From: Thiogranum sp.
Lineage (GTDB): Bacteria > Pseudomonadota > Gammaproteobacteria > DSM-19610
NCBI GenBank assembly: GCA_030148915.1
Contig: JASBSN010000013.1
Location: forward strand, 8,378 to 72,377
Direction: 5' to 3'
Length of the DNA stretch: 64,000 bases
Shown here one piece after another: positions 29,550 to 38,802 of the stretch (positions within the stretch are counted from its first letter, which is position 1; every line of letters begins with the position of its first letter). A program made the translations under genes and the position numbers. Below the pieces are notes generated by a model. The model saw nothing but the letters and a program-made list of their open reading frames with translations, had not been told where the DNA came from and made no database searches.

Positions 29550-31567
29550 ACGATCGAATTGATGACGTCAATGATGATCAGCAGGATGCTGCCGAAGAGA
29601 GCGGCTCCGATAATTTTTTCATCGACATTCTGACCGGCAACAAGGAGAGCGCCTCGGCCAAGAAGCTGCTGGTGCAGAAGGTTCTGCGTCAACTCATCGA
29701 GAGCTACGGCTTTGACCGGGACGATCTGGAGGTCAACTATAACCCCCAGATCCCCGGCCAGGGGCGCAAGCGCATTGACATCGCGATTTTCCGTCCCGAT
29801 GCCGAGCACAACAACGACAACCTGCAGCGGATTATCGTCTGCAAGAATCAGAAGAAGCGCGACAAGCTTCGTTCCATTACCGAGGCCGACGCCGACCTGC
29901 GTGAGCTCAAGGAGCTGCTGGAGCTGATCCCCGGCGCGACGCTGGGCATGTGGACAAACGGCCAGGAAGAGTTCCTGTTCCAGGTCGAGCGCACCCGCTT
30001 CGAGGTCCGGCCCAAGCCGCTGGGTGTGTGGCCGGTTCCTGGTGAACGTACCACCGATCTCGACCGCACGGGCGGTGTCATTCAGGTTAGCGCCGAAGCG
30101 GAGGATCTGGAAGACGCCCTGCTGCGCTGCCGTCAGTATCTGAACCGCAACCTGGGACTCGATCACAAGGATTCCTTCAAGCAGTTGGCCGTGCTGATGC
30201 TGGCCAAGATCCACGATGAGACCCTGCCCACCGGCGAGCGCAAATTCTGGATCAGGGGCGACGAGCCATTCACCGAGGTCGGCCAACAGGCCATTGCCCA
30301 GCGCATCAACGAATCCATTACCGCTGCCAAGGCCTGGCAGCCGAACCTGCTGACCCGTGGTTGGGATCTGACGCTGGAACCTCTCGAGACCGCACGCGTG
30401 GTGATGGAGCTGGCCCGTTACTCTCTGAGTGAAACCCAACCTCGTTTCCGTACTGGGGCCTTCCGTGCGGTCTCCCGCAGCGTGATGGACGGCCGTGAGG
30501 GCCGTTATCCCACACCGCTCAACGTGGCCGAAATGGCAGTGGATATGCTCGACCCACAACCCGGCGAACGCATCATGGACTGCTCCAGCGGCACCGGCAC
30601 CTTCCTGGCCATGACCGCCACACACATCTTCAAGAAAAAACTGGCGGCCATGGGCACCACGCCTGAAGAGCCCACCAACGAACAGATCCGCCAGGCGCAA
30701 AACGAAACCGCTGCTTGGGCGGCCAGCAACGCCTTGGGTTGCGACATCGATCCCTTCCTGGCCGTCGCCAGCCGGATGAATCTGCTGTTCACCACTGGCA
30801 ACCCGGGCCGCGTGTTCCGCATCGATGCCCGCACGTTCCCGGACGGTGATCTGGATGGCATCGAGGCGGCACGCCTGGCCATGCCACTGGGCAGCATGGA
30901 TGTGGTTCTGCTCAACCCCTGGTTCTCCACCCAAGAGACGGTGAGCGACACCTCCATTCTGGAGCGCTACGACCTGGGCAACAACTGGGAGCGCGACGAG
31001 GAAGGCGGATTCCGCAACACCGGCAATCTGAACGCCGGCGGCGTGCCGCCCGAGGTGCTGTTTATCGAGCGCGCCCTGCAATGGGTGAAGCCCGGCACCG
31101 GCCGCGTGGGCATCCTGTTGCCCGATGGCTTGCTGGGCAATCCCGGCGATGAGTACGTGCGCTGGTGGATTCTGCGCCACTGCGAGGTCTTGGCCTCGGT
31201 TGACCTGCCGGTGGAGCCGTTCAAGGTCACGGTCAAGGAATATGGCCTGACGCCCGCCTTGCCCAGTCTCCTGGTACTGCGCCGCCGCAGCCAGGAGGAG
31301 CTCATCAATACCGAGCACCCGGAATACAAGGTCTTCATGGCCGTGGTGGACCGGGCCGGTGTCGACGCCCGGGGAAATCTCCTGTTCCAGCGAGCCCCCG
31401 ATGGAGAGGAACTGGTTTTCGATGAGGAGGTGATCGAGCGGGTTCGAGAAGGTGGTGAAGTGGAAATCCGTCGGACTACACGCCGCAACCGCCGCGTTCA
31501 TGACGAGCTGCCGCTGGTGGCAGCGAAATACAAGGAATTTCGCGCAACCGGCGAGGTGACGTTATGA
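29546..31567 (+). CDS. second HsdM-like methyltransferase paralog with altered catalytic motif (MAD2-like, copy 2)
   Basis: GRYPTP, MDCSSGTGTFL, NPWF (30914-30925) and GILLPDGLLGNP; shares GGFRNTG and PE.LFIER blocks with copy 1. Confidence 0.85.
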   Translation: MNDRIDDVNDDQQDAAEESGSDNFFIDILTGNKESASAKKLLVQKVLRQLIESYGFDRDDLEVNYNPQIPGQGRKRIDIAIFRPDAEHNNDNLQRIIVCKNQKKRDKLRSITEADADLRELKELLELIPGATLGMWTNGQEEFLFQVERTRFEVRPKPLGVWPVPGERTTDLDRTGGVIQVSAEAEDLEDALLRCRQYLNRNLGLDHKDSFKQLAVLMLAKIHDETLPTGERKFWIRGDEPFTEVGQQAIAQRINESITAAKAWQPNLLTRGWDLTLEPLETARVVMELARYSLSETQPRFRTGAFRAVSRSVMDGREGRYPTPLNVAEMAVDMLDPQPGERIMDCSSGTGTFLAMTATHIFKKKLAAMGTTPEEPTNEQIRQAQNETAAWAASNALGCDIDPFLAVASRMNLLFTTGNPGRVFRIDARTFPDGDLDGIEAARLAMPLGSMDVVLLNPWFSTQETVSDTSILERYDLGNNWERDEEGGFRNTGNLNAGGVPPEVLFIERALQWVKPGTGRVGILLPDGLLGNPGDEYVRWWILRHCEVLASVDLPVEPFKVTVKEYGLTPALPSLLVLRRRSQEELINTEHPEYKVFMAVVDRAGVDARGNLLFQRAPDGEELVFDEEVIERVREGGEVEIRRTTRRNRRVHDELPLVAAKYKEFRATGEVTL

Positions 31568-32979
31568 GCAGAAAGTTTCAGTGTAAGGTTGTGCCAAGTA
31601 TCTGGATTGAACACAACGGTCGCCGCCTTGACTGCGGGCCTTATGTGTCAGGAGCGATAGAAGCAAAAGAGCTTCTGAGTCAGATGAACACAACTCCGCT
31701 GACGGATTTGACCACTGGGCATAAGGGCGGGATCTACAACGGTTCACCCTTTGTCCGGAACTATGTGGAAGATCCAGATCATGGCGTTCCATTTTTGACC
31801 ACATCCTCTTTGCTTCAGGCTGACCTGACCAATCTTTCACTGCTGAGCAAGCGAGATGCCCGCTCCAGGCAGCTTAGTTTCCTCGAAATAAAGCCGGGTA
31901 TGACTCTCATTACCTGCTCTGGAAGCATCGGCAGAATGGCCTATGCCAGGTCAGACATGAAGGGAGTTTGGTCAAATCAGGACATCATGAAGGTTGTCCC
32001 AAATCCAGACTTAATTAAATCTGGATATCTCTATGCCTACCTATGCAGCAAGTTCGGAGTCCCTCTTATTGCCTCCGGAACATATGGCGCAATTATTCCG
32101 CATATTGAGCCGCAGCATATCGCAGATCTCCCTGTCCCGCGCCTTGGCATCGTGGAAGATCAGGCTCATGAGCTAATTCAACAAGCCGCAAACAAACGCG
32201 TTGATGCCAGCAGAATCATTGCGAGAGCTATCGCGCAATTAGAAAGTGCCGCGGGCTTACAAGCGCTACCTTGCAGTAAGTCAGATGGCATTCCACTCAG
32301 CTTGAGTGTCACACCTTCTTCGAACTTGATGAAGCGGATGGACGGCGCCTTTCATAGTTTGTTTCATCGTGATGCTGTAAGGGCTCTCGAAACCGCATCG
32401 GTTCCGACGACCACTGTAGCGAATAAGGCGGTATCCATAGTCGAGCCAAAACGATTCAAGAGAATCCAGATTGATGATCCAGAGTTTGGTATTCCAATGT
32501 TCGGAACATCGGCATTGATGTGGGCGGACCCACAGCCCAGCTATCTCATACCAAAAAACATGAGTGACATTGATGAGCTGTTGGTAGATCAGAAGACAGT
32601 GCTCGTTCCTCGATCTGGGCAGATATCTGGCATTATCGGCACTGCCGTCCTTCCTTATGGCGCCATAGTTGGATCTGCTGTCTCAGAAGATGCAATTAGA
32701 ATTAATTGCTCGAATGAGATTATTGCCGGTTTTCTTTTCATTGTACTTAGGTCCGAGTATGGGCGCCGCCAACTCAAAGCTCGCGCATACGGCTCCTCCA
32801 TCCCGCATCTAGATGTTAACCAGATCGGGGAAACTCTGGTGCCTGACCTAGATGATGAGGTCATCGAGGAGATTGGTGCAATGGGCCTACAGAGCGCCAA
32901 ACTTCGACATGAGGCCATTGAACACGAAAGCAAAGCCCGCCGCCTCGTAGAACGTGCAATCGAAGAGGGCGGCCGCTAA
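31564..32979 (+). CDS. HsdS-like specificity subunit (MAD5-like)
   Basis: Two TRD-like repeats with LITCSGSIG/LVPRSG.I.G and YGAIIPHIE...LPVP/YGSSIPHLD...VP conserved blocks. Confidence 0.88.
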   Translation: MSRKFQCKVVPSIWIEHNGRRLDCGPYVSGAIEAKELLSQMNTTPLTDLTTGHKGGIYNGSPFVRNYVEDPDHGVPFLTTSSLLQADLTNLSLLSKRDARSRQLSFLEIKPGMTLITCSGSIGRMAYARSDMKGVWSNQDIMKVVPNPDLIKSGYLYAYLCSKFGVPLIASGTYGAIIPHIEPQHIADLPVPRLGIVEDQAHELIQQAANKRVDASRIIARAIAQLESAAGLQALPCSKSDGIPLSLSVTPSSNLMKRMDGAFHSLFHRDAVRALETASVPTTTVANKAVSIVEPKRFKRIQIDDPEFGIPMFGTSALMWADPQPSYLIPKNMSDIDELLVDQKTVLVPRSGQISGIIGTAVLPYGAIVGSAVSEDAIRINCSNEIIAGFLFIVLRSEYGRRQLKARAYGSSIPHLDVNQIGETLVPDLDDEVIEEIGAMGLQSAKLRHEAIEHESKARRLVERAIEEGGR

Positions 32980-35900
32980 TGGCAAAAGTCATACCCATCG
33001 GGCAACCCGCGAACGAATCTGAGCGCCAGGCCATCGGCTTCCTTCGGGACCATCTTCCCGAGGGGTGGCTGATCTTCCACAACTTCGAGATGCGCCAAGG
33101 GCAGGAGGTGTTCGAAATCGACATCGCCATCCTCGCGCCTCATGCAGTGTATCTGGTGGATGTCAAAGGGACGCGGGGCAACATCGATGTGTATGGTTCT
33201 AAGTGGTATCCCGAGGGGCGGCAGCCGTTCTTCTCGCCGTTGGCCAAGCTGCGCAGCCATGCCAAGACGATGGCCACCATCATCCGCGAAAGCAACACCG
33301 GCCTGATCGAGCTGCGCAAGGCCCATGTGCATGCCGCCGTGCTGCTCACCGCCGATGATGCCGCCGTGTTGGACCAGGCGGGCATCGACAGTCCGGACGT
33401 GACCGACTTCAAGCACTGCCTGAAATACTTCCGCGACGCGAGCCGCATTCCAGACAGCCGGCTGGATAACATAACCCGCTTCAAGTCCCAGATCGCCAAG
33501 GCGATCACCGGCAACGCTAGACCTAAGAGCGCGGCGCTGGTGTTCCGCGACTGGCAGGTGGAAGAGAAGTTGGGCGGCACCGACCGCTACACCGAATACC
33601 GCGCCAAGCACAACCTGTTGGGTAAGAGTGGCGGCATGGCCCGCCTGCGGGTCTATCAGGCCGACCCTTACCAGGACGAGGCGGCCCGCAAGGAAGAGTT
33701 CAAGAAGATCAGCAACGCCTATCGCGCCGTGGCACACATGCCGACTCACGCCAACGTGCTGGCGGTGAAGGATCTGTTCGTCTCCGATGACGAAGATAAG
33801 GTGGTGCTGGTCACCGAGGATCTGCCCGGCCAGGCCCTGCGTCTGCACATCAATAAGGCCTCAATGGCGCTGACATTTGACCAGAAACTCCAGGTGATGC
33901 GCGACGTGCTGTCGGCCCTGGACCACGCGCACCGGCATGAGGTGATTCACCGCAACCTCACCCCGGATGCCATCCTGGTGACCAAGGGCGGCCAAGCACG
34001 GGTGACCGGTTTCGATTTCGCCCGGGTGGGCAAGAACCGCACCTCCACCATCGCCGATCAGGTGGTGGATGATCTGGAAGTCGCCTATCAGGCTCCGGAG
34101 TGCTTCAAGGACCCGACCCAGGCCAGCATTGCCTCCGACCTCTATGCCGCCGGGCTGATTTTTTATGAGCTGCTGACTGGTGAGCTGCCCTTTGAAAGCG
34201 TCGACCAGATGATGGAGGCCGACGGTAGATTCCCGATGAAGCCCTCGGAGCACAAGCCGGACCTGCCCAAAGGGATCGATGAGTGGCTGCAGAAGTTCTG
34301 CGAGTTTGACCCCGAGGACCGTCATACCAGCGCTGCCATCGCCCGCAAAGTCCTGGATGATCTGATTCTGCCTGAGGCCAAGAGCGACTCGGCCCCAGAT
34401 GCGAGCGGCCCCGCCGTGGTTGTGCCGCAGCTCCCGGATGACCTGATGAGCCTGCCACAGGATTTCATTCTGGCCGATCGCTTCCGTATTCAGAAGAAGC
34501 TCGGCAGCGGCGGCTTTGGGGTCGCCTACAAGGTATTCGATTCACTTGGCGATGTGGTGCGGGTCATCAAGTTGGTGACCAGGGACCGCCGCAGCGTGTA
34601 CGAACGGCTGCGCCGCGAATACAAGACCCTGACCAATCTGCCCGACCATCCGCATGTGGTGAAGGTGATCTGGGCGGATCGCATGGCCGACGCCAAGCAG
34701 ACACCGTACATCGTTTTTGAATACGTGGAAGGTCTGGACGTCTCCGATCTGATCGACGCCGAGGCGCTGTCGCTGGATGATGCCGTGCGCATCGTGCGTG
34801 AGGCTGCCGATGGGCTGGCCCATCTTCACAAGCACGGCGTTTACCATCAGGACGTCAAGCCCTCCAATCTGCTGTGGACCGATAAAGGCGTCCGCATCAT
34901 CGATTTCAACGTCGCGGTCTCCGAAAACGACGAGGTTCGAGGCGGTGGCGGTACGCGCCGCTACCTGCCGCCGGATTACGATTGCTCCTCCGAGCCGGAT
35001 GCTTCAGATCGGATGGACCGAGATCTCTATGCCCTGGGCATCTCCTTCTACGAGTGCCTGACCGGCAAGTATCCTTTCGACGACCCCACACCGCCGATCA
35101 AGACTCAGCCCAAGGACCCTAAGCAGTTCAAGGGCTGCGCCGACCTCAGCTCTTCGCTGATCAATGTGCTGGTAAAGATGATCGCGCCGGAGCGCGAGAA
35201 CCGCTTCGCATCGGCGGAAGAGTTCTTGATCGCCCTAGCAGAGGTCAAACGCCTGCGCTCGGTGCTGACGACCGGCGAGATTGGTGCCGGACCCAAGGTG
35301 GTATCCAAGCTGGGCTTCGAGCCTATCAAGCCAAACACCAACCCCTTTGTCACCCATCTTCTGACTCTCTATAGCCAGAGTCAGGTGTCCAACGCGGGTA
35401 CCCGTGGCCTCGACGAAATTGGCAAGGCTACCTACGTACCGACCTATCTGGACGAGAAGCTCAAGCCCGCACTGCTCAAGGGAGAGTTCCGCCTGGTCAT
35501 CATCAGCGGTAACGCCGGAGATGGTAAGACGGCCTTCATTCAGCAGTTCGAGGCATTTGCCGAGAGCAAGGGCGCACAGATACGGCGCGGTGCGAATGGA
35601 GCCGTTTTCCAGCTCAAGGGACACGCCTACCAGAGCAACTACGACGGCAGCCAGGATGAAGGCGACGAGCGCAATGATGCCGTGCTGCAGAAATTCTTTG
35701 CCCCCTTCGCGGGCAAGGACGCTTCCGGATGGCCCGAGAATCAGACCCGCCTGATCGCTATCAACGAGGGTCGTCTGGTCGATTTCTTCCTGGAGCATGA
35801 AGAAGAGTTCGCGGTGCTCGCCAAGCAGATCCAGCACGGCTTGGCCGGAGTCGCTCCGGAAGGCGGTGTCGCGGTCATCAACCTCAACCTGCGGTCGGTG

Positions 35901-37130
35901 GTCGCCGAACCCGAGGAAGGTCAGCCTTCGATTCTGGAGCGCCTGATTGCCCGCATGACGAAGCAGGAATACTGGCAGGCCTGCGAAAAGTGCGATCTCA
36001 AGGGCAAATGCTTTGCCTATCACAACGCCCGGACCTTCCAGGACTCGGTTGCCGGTCCCAAGGTAATTGAACGTTTGAAGATGCTCTATACCATCACCCA
36101 CCTGCGCGGCCGACTACATATCACCATGCGCGACCTGCGGTCGGCGCTGGGATTCATGCTGGTGGGCACCCAGGATTGTGACGGCATTCACCAACTGTAT
36201 CAGAACGGCGGTGAAGAGACCCAGAATCGCATCCTTGACGGCTTCTATTTCAACTCGTGGCTTGGGGGGGCGGAAGGTTCCAATGACCGGTTGATTTCGC
36301 TGCTGCGCGAGATCGACGTCGCCGAAGTCAGCAACCCCGATCTGGACCGCGAACTTGGCTTCCTTGACCCCAAGACCAAGGCCATGAGCCGCTTCTCATT
36401 TGCGGAGCGCGCCGGGTACGACGATGAACTGGTAGAGACGCTGTTTCGTAATCTGCCTCGCGATTACTCGTCGAAGCACCGTGCTCGACTGATCGCCAAG
36501 CACCGGAATTACCTCTCTCACATGCGCCGGCGCCATTTCTTTGAGCGCCGCGACATCGGCTGGAAAGAGATGCTGCCTTATGGAAGCATCGATCCTTTTC
36601 TGGATGCCATTAAGCAGCCTGGAGCGAAAAGCACTGATGAGGTTACCGCCATGCTCCGGGCTATCAACCGGGGCGAAGGTCTGAGCGATCCGGCGCGGTT
36701 GGGCAACCAGTTGGCGCTGCGTGTCCGGCAGGTGGACAAGGGCACGATTCGCAGTTACCGCCTCTTTGATGGGGACCGTTCCACGCTCCGCACTGAGCAG
36801 GAAACGCTGGCCCATCCTTTCCTCGAGTGCCTGTCTCAAGCGCTAGTGCTGCTTTACGACTCCGGCGACGGACACAAGGCCAGCCTGCGCATCAATCTCG
36901 ACATCTATGAAATGCTGATGCGGCTCAACAATGGCTACAGGCCCAGCATCGAGGAACAGGAAGGTTTCTTGTTGAGTTTGGCGGTATTTAAGAATCTTCT
37001 GGCTTCAGTTCCCTACAAAGAAGTTTTGCTAACTAAAGCGGGACACAAATTCTATGAAATCCGTCGGGAGGACGACGGGTTGCTGGCGATGAGAGTTTCA
37101 GAGAAGGGGGCTGATTACCATGTCAATTAA
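32979..37130 (+). CDS. NERD + tandem Ser/Thr kinase domains + P-loop ATPase (MAD6-like)
   Basis: NERD EID...LVDVKG; kinase 1 HRNLTP..ILV; kinase 2 GSGGFG..HQDVKPSNLL..DF; ISGNAGDGKT Walker A. Confidence 0.88.
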   Translation: MAKVIPIGQPANESERQAIGFLRDHLPEGWLIFHNFEMRQGQEVFEIDIAILAPHAVYLVDVKGTRGNIDVYGSKWYPEGRQPFFSPLAKLRSHAKTMATIIRESNTGLIELRKAHVHAAVLLTADDAAVLDQAGIDSPDVTDFKHCLKYFRDASRIPDSRLDNITRFKSQIAKAITGNARPKSAALVFRDWQVEEKLGGTDRYTEYRAKHNLLGKSGGMARLRVYQADPYQDEAARKEEFKKISNAYRAVAHMPTHANVLAVKDLFVSDDEDKVVLVTEDLPGQALRLHINKASMALTFDQKLQVMRDVLSALDHAHRHEVIHRNLTPDAILVTKGGQARVTGFDFARVGKNRTSTIADQVVDDLEVAYQAPECFKDPTQASIASDLYAAGLIFYELLTGELPFESVDQMMEADGRFPMKPSEHKPDLPKGIDEWLQKFCEFDPEDRHTSAAIARKVLDDLILPEAKSDSAPDASGPAVVVPQLPDDLMSLPQDFILADRFRIQKKLGSGGFGVAYKVFDSLGDVVRVIKLVTRDRRSVYERLRREYKTLTNLPDHPHVVKVIWADRMADAKQTPYIVFEYVEGLDVSDLIDAEALSLDDAVRIVREAADGLAHLHKHGVYHQDVKPSNLLWTDKGVRIIDFNVAVSENDEVRGGGGTRRYLPPDYDCSSEPDASDRMDRDLYALGISFYECLTGKYPFDDPTPPIKTQPKDPKQFKGCADLSSSLINVLVKMIAPERENRFASAEEFLIALAEVKRLRSVLTTGEIGAGPKVVSKLGFEPIKPNTNPFVTHLLTLYSQSQVSNAGTRGLDEIGKATYVPTYLDEKLKPALLKGEFRLVIISGNAGDGKTAFIQQFEAFAESKGAQIRRGANGAVFQLKGHAYQSNYDGSQDEGDERNDAVLQKFFAPFAGKDASGWPENQTRLIAINEGRLVDFFLEHEEEFAVLAKQIQHGLAGVAPEGGVAVINLNLRSVVAEPEEGQPSILERLIARMTKQEYWQACEKCDLKGKCFAYHNARTFQDSVAGPKVIERLKMLYTITHLRGRLHITMRDLRSALGFMLVGTQDCDGIHQLYQNGGEETQNRILDGFYFNSWLGGAEGSNDRLISLLREIDVAEVSNPDLDRELGFLDPKTKAMSRFSFAERAGYDDELVETLFRNLPRDYSSKHRARLIAKHRNYLSHMRRRHFFERRDIGWKEMLPYGSIDPFLDAIKQPGAKSTDEVTAMLRAINRGEGLSDPARLGNQLALRVRQVDKGTIRSYRLFDGDRSTLRTEQETLAHPFLECLSQALVLLYDSGDGHKASLRINLDIYEMLMRLNNGYRPSIEEQEGFLLSLAVFKNLLASVPYKEVLLTKAGHKFYEIRREDDGLLAMRVSEKGADYHVN

Positions 37131-38802
37131 AGGACGCGACAAGGAATTCAGAATCCCAAAAGTTTCTTATCTCGATTTCAAGCATATCGAGATGGATCGT
37201 GTTCTGACAATGTTGTTTCCGCGTCTGAAATATGACGGTTACGGAAGCCGCCGGCCGCCCCGAGGAGGGGATCTTTCAGTTGATGAGTTTCTGGAGGACT
37301 TTCTGGAACATCCTGAATGGTTCGCCGGTTTCGACAAGCATCCGGACGTTGCTCGCGCCTGGATCGAAACTGACTTGATGGATATGGTGAATCGCGGCAA
37401 AAGTAACCAAGCTCTTGCTGCTCCACGTCCTCTTCACGGCAACACCTATAAGTTTCGTAATGCGAAGCACACCCGTGACTATGGCGCGGCCGAGCAGATT
37501 TATTGGATGCTTTTCTATGCCCGAAAAGGCAAGGGACAAGCGGCGCGTGACGCCTTGAAGCGGTTCTTCTTCCCGGGGATCGACCTGGTGACGGATCGCT
37601 ACGACCCCAACGCATCCGTCGATGTGGAAACGCAGGCCATCCTGCGTCTGGATCACCAAGTCAGCCAAGACATGAAGGACTCCAAAGAACCTTCACGTTT
37701 CCAACCGCTGTGCATCGGCCAGGCCGACATCATGGCCGACGACATTCTGCGGCTTCTGGCCTATGAGCCCTATATTCCGCGCTCCGTGCTGGTCGATTAC
37801 CTCAAGACCCTGATGGCCTTCCACCTAGCGCTCTACCACCTCAAGCTACTGCAGATGCTGCCCAAGCTGGTGAAGCAGCGCGCCGGCAACGATCTCTGCA
37901 CCACGAAGGAATGTCCGATTAATCCAGGCCTCGACAATGCGCTGGAAGGCTGTCCATACCGGGTGGCGCTGATCGTGGATATGGGCGACGTCAACAATCC
38001 GCATATGGCCGAGCTGGCGCGCAAGTCAACGGACCGACTCTATCGCCAGATTCCAGCCTTCGTGCAGGCCAATTTCATCGTTAAGAAGCTCGATGAGATG
38101 GCGGAATATTTGAGCAAAAAGACGGGCAAGCTTGCCACGCCAGGGAGCGGTGTGTTCAGCGTCGGCGATCTGGTTTACCTGTTGAAGGCTGAGCACGACG
38201 CCGAACGCCAAGCCTACTTCAAGTTTCGCCTGGCCAGCTTGATAGAGGAGTCGACCTCGGGGAATGAGGACGTCGATCCGGAGATCCGGGACGTCACCGC
38301 CATGGGGCTCGGCGAGTTTGAATCCTTTATCGAAATCTTGATGGCGTATCGTGGCAAGTATCACCGCCAGTACATCACGGAATGCCTGGATTCGCTTCTA
38401 CTGAAGAACAAGGAGAACGGCCTTCTCGCCCAACCTCGAACCAAGGGAAGTCCCCGGCGGTTTGTGCTGGGGAGCAAGCTACTGGAGGTGCTGCTTCAGG
38501 TGGCCGTGCTCACTCAGGATAGTGGGCGCTTCGTGACCCGCGAGGTCCGCATCGAGGAGTTGCTAGCATTCCTTGGAAACCGCTACGGCATTCATATTGA
38601 CCGGTTACCGGAAGGAGTCCAGGCCAATGGCAGCATTCTGGACAGACGCGCCTTGCGCCTCAACGTGGAAGCCTTCAAGCGTCGCCTGCGCGAAATCGGG
38701 TTCTACGAAGACCTGTCGGATGCTTACGTGACCCAGAAGGTTTCTCCCCGCTATGCAATTGAGAGAAATCACGGAACAGATAAGAACAAGAGGCACCCAT
38801 GA
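37120..38802 (+). CDS. MAD7-like protein (positionally DptG-like)
   Basis: 560 aa, coupled between the MAD6- and MAD8-like genes. C-terminal LREIGFYEDLSDAYVTQ resembles DptG-type termini. Confidence 0.7.
   Translation: MSIKGRDKEFRIPKVSYLDFKHIEMDRVLTMLFPRLKYDGYGSRRPPRGGDLSVDEFLEDFLEHPEWFAGFDKHPDVARAWIETDLMDMVNRGKSNQALAAPRPLHGNTYKFRNAKHTRDYGAAEQIYWMLFYARKGKGQAARDALKRFFFPGIDLVTDRYDPNASVDVETQAILRLDHQVSQDMKDSKEPSRFQPLCIGQADIMADDILRLLAYEPYIPRSVLVDYLKTLMAFHLALYHLKLLQMLPKLVKQRAGNDLCTTKECPINPGLDNALEGCPYRVALIVDMGDVNNPHMAELARKSTDRLYRQIPAFVQANFIVKKLDEMAEYLSKKTGKLATPGSGVFSVGDLVYLLKAEHDAERQAYFKFRLASLIEESTSGNEDVDPEIRDVTAMGLGEFESFIEILMAYRGKYHRQYITECLDSLLLKNKENGLLAQPRTKGSPRRFVLGSKLLEVLLQVAVLTQDSGRFVTREVRIEELLAFLGNRYGIHIDRLPEGVQANGSILDRRALRLNVEAFKRRLREIGFYEDLSDAYVTQKVSPRYAIERNHGTDKNKRHP

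Noticed and set aside
29345-31501. 718-aa minus-strand ORF
   Set aside because: Antisense shadow of methyltransferase copy 2.
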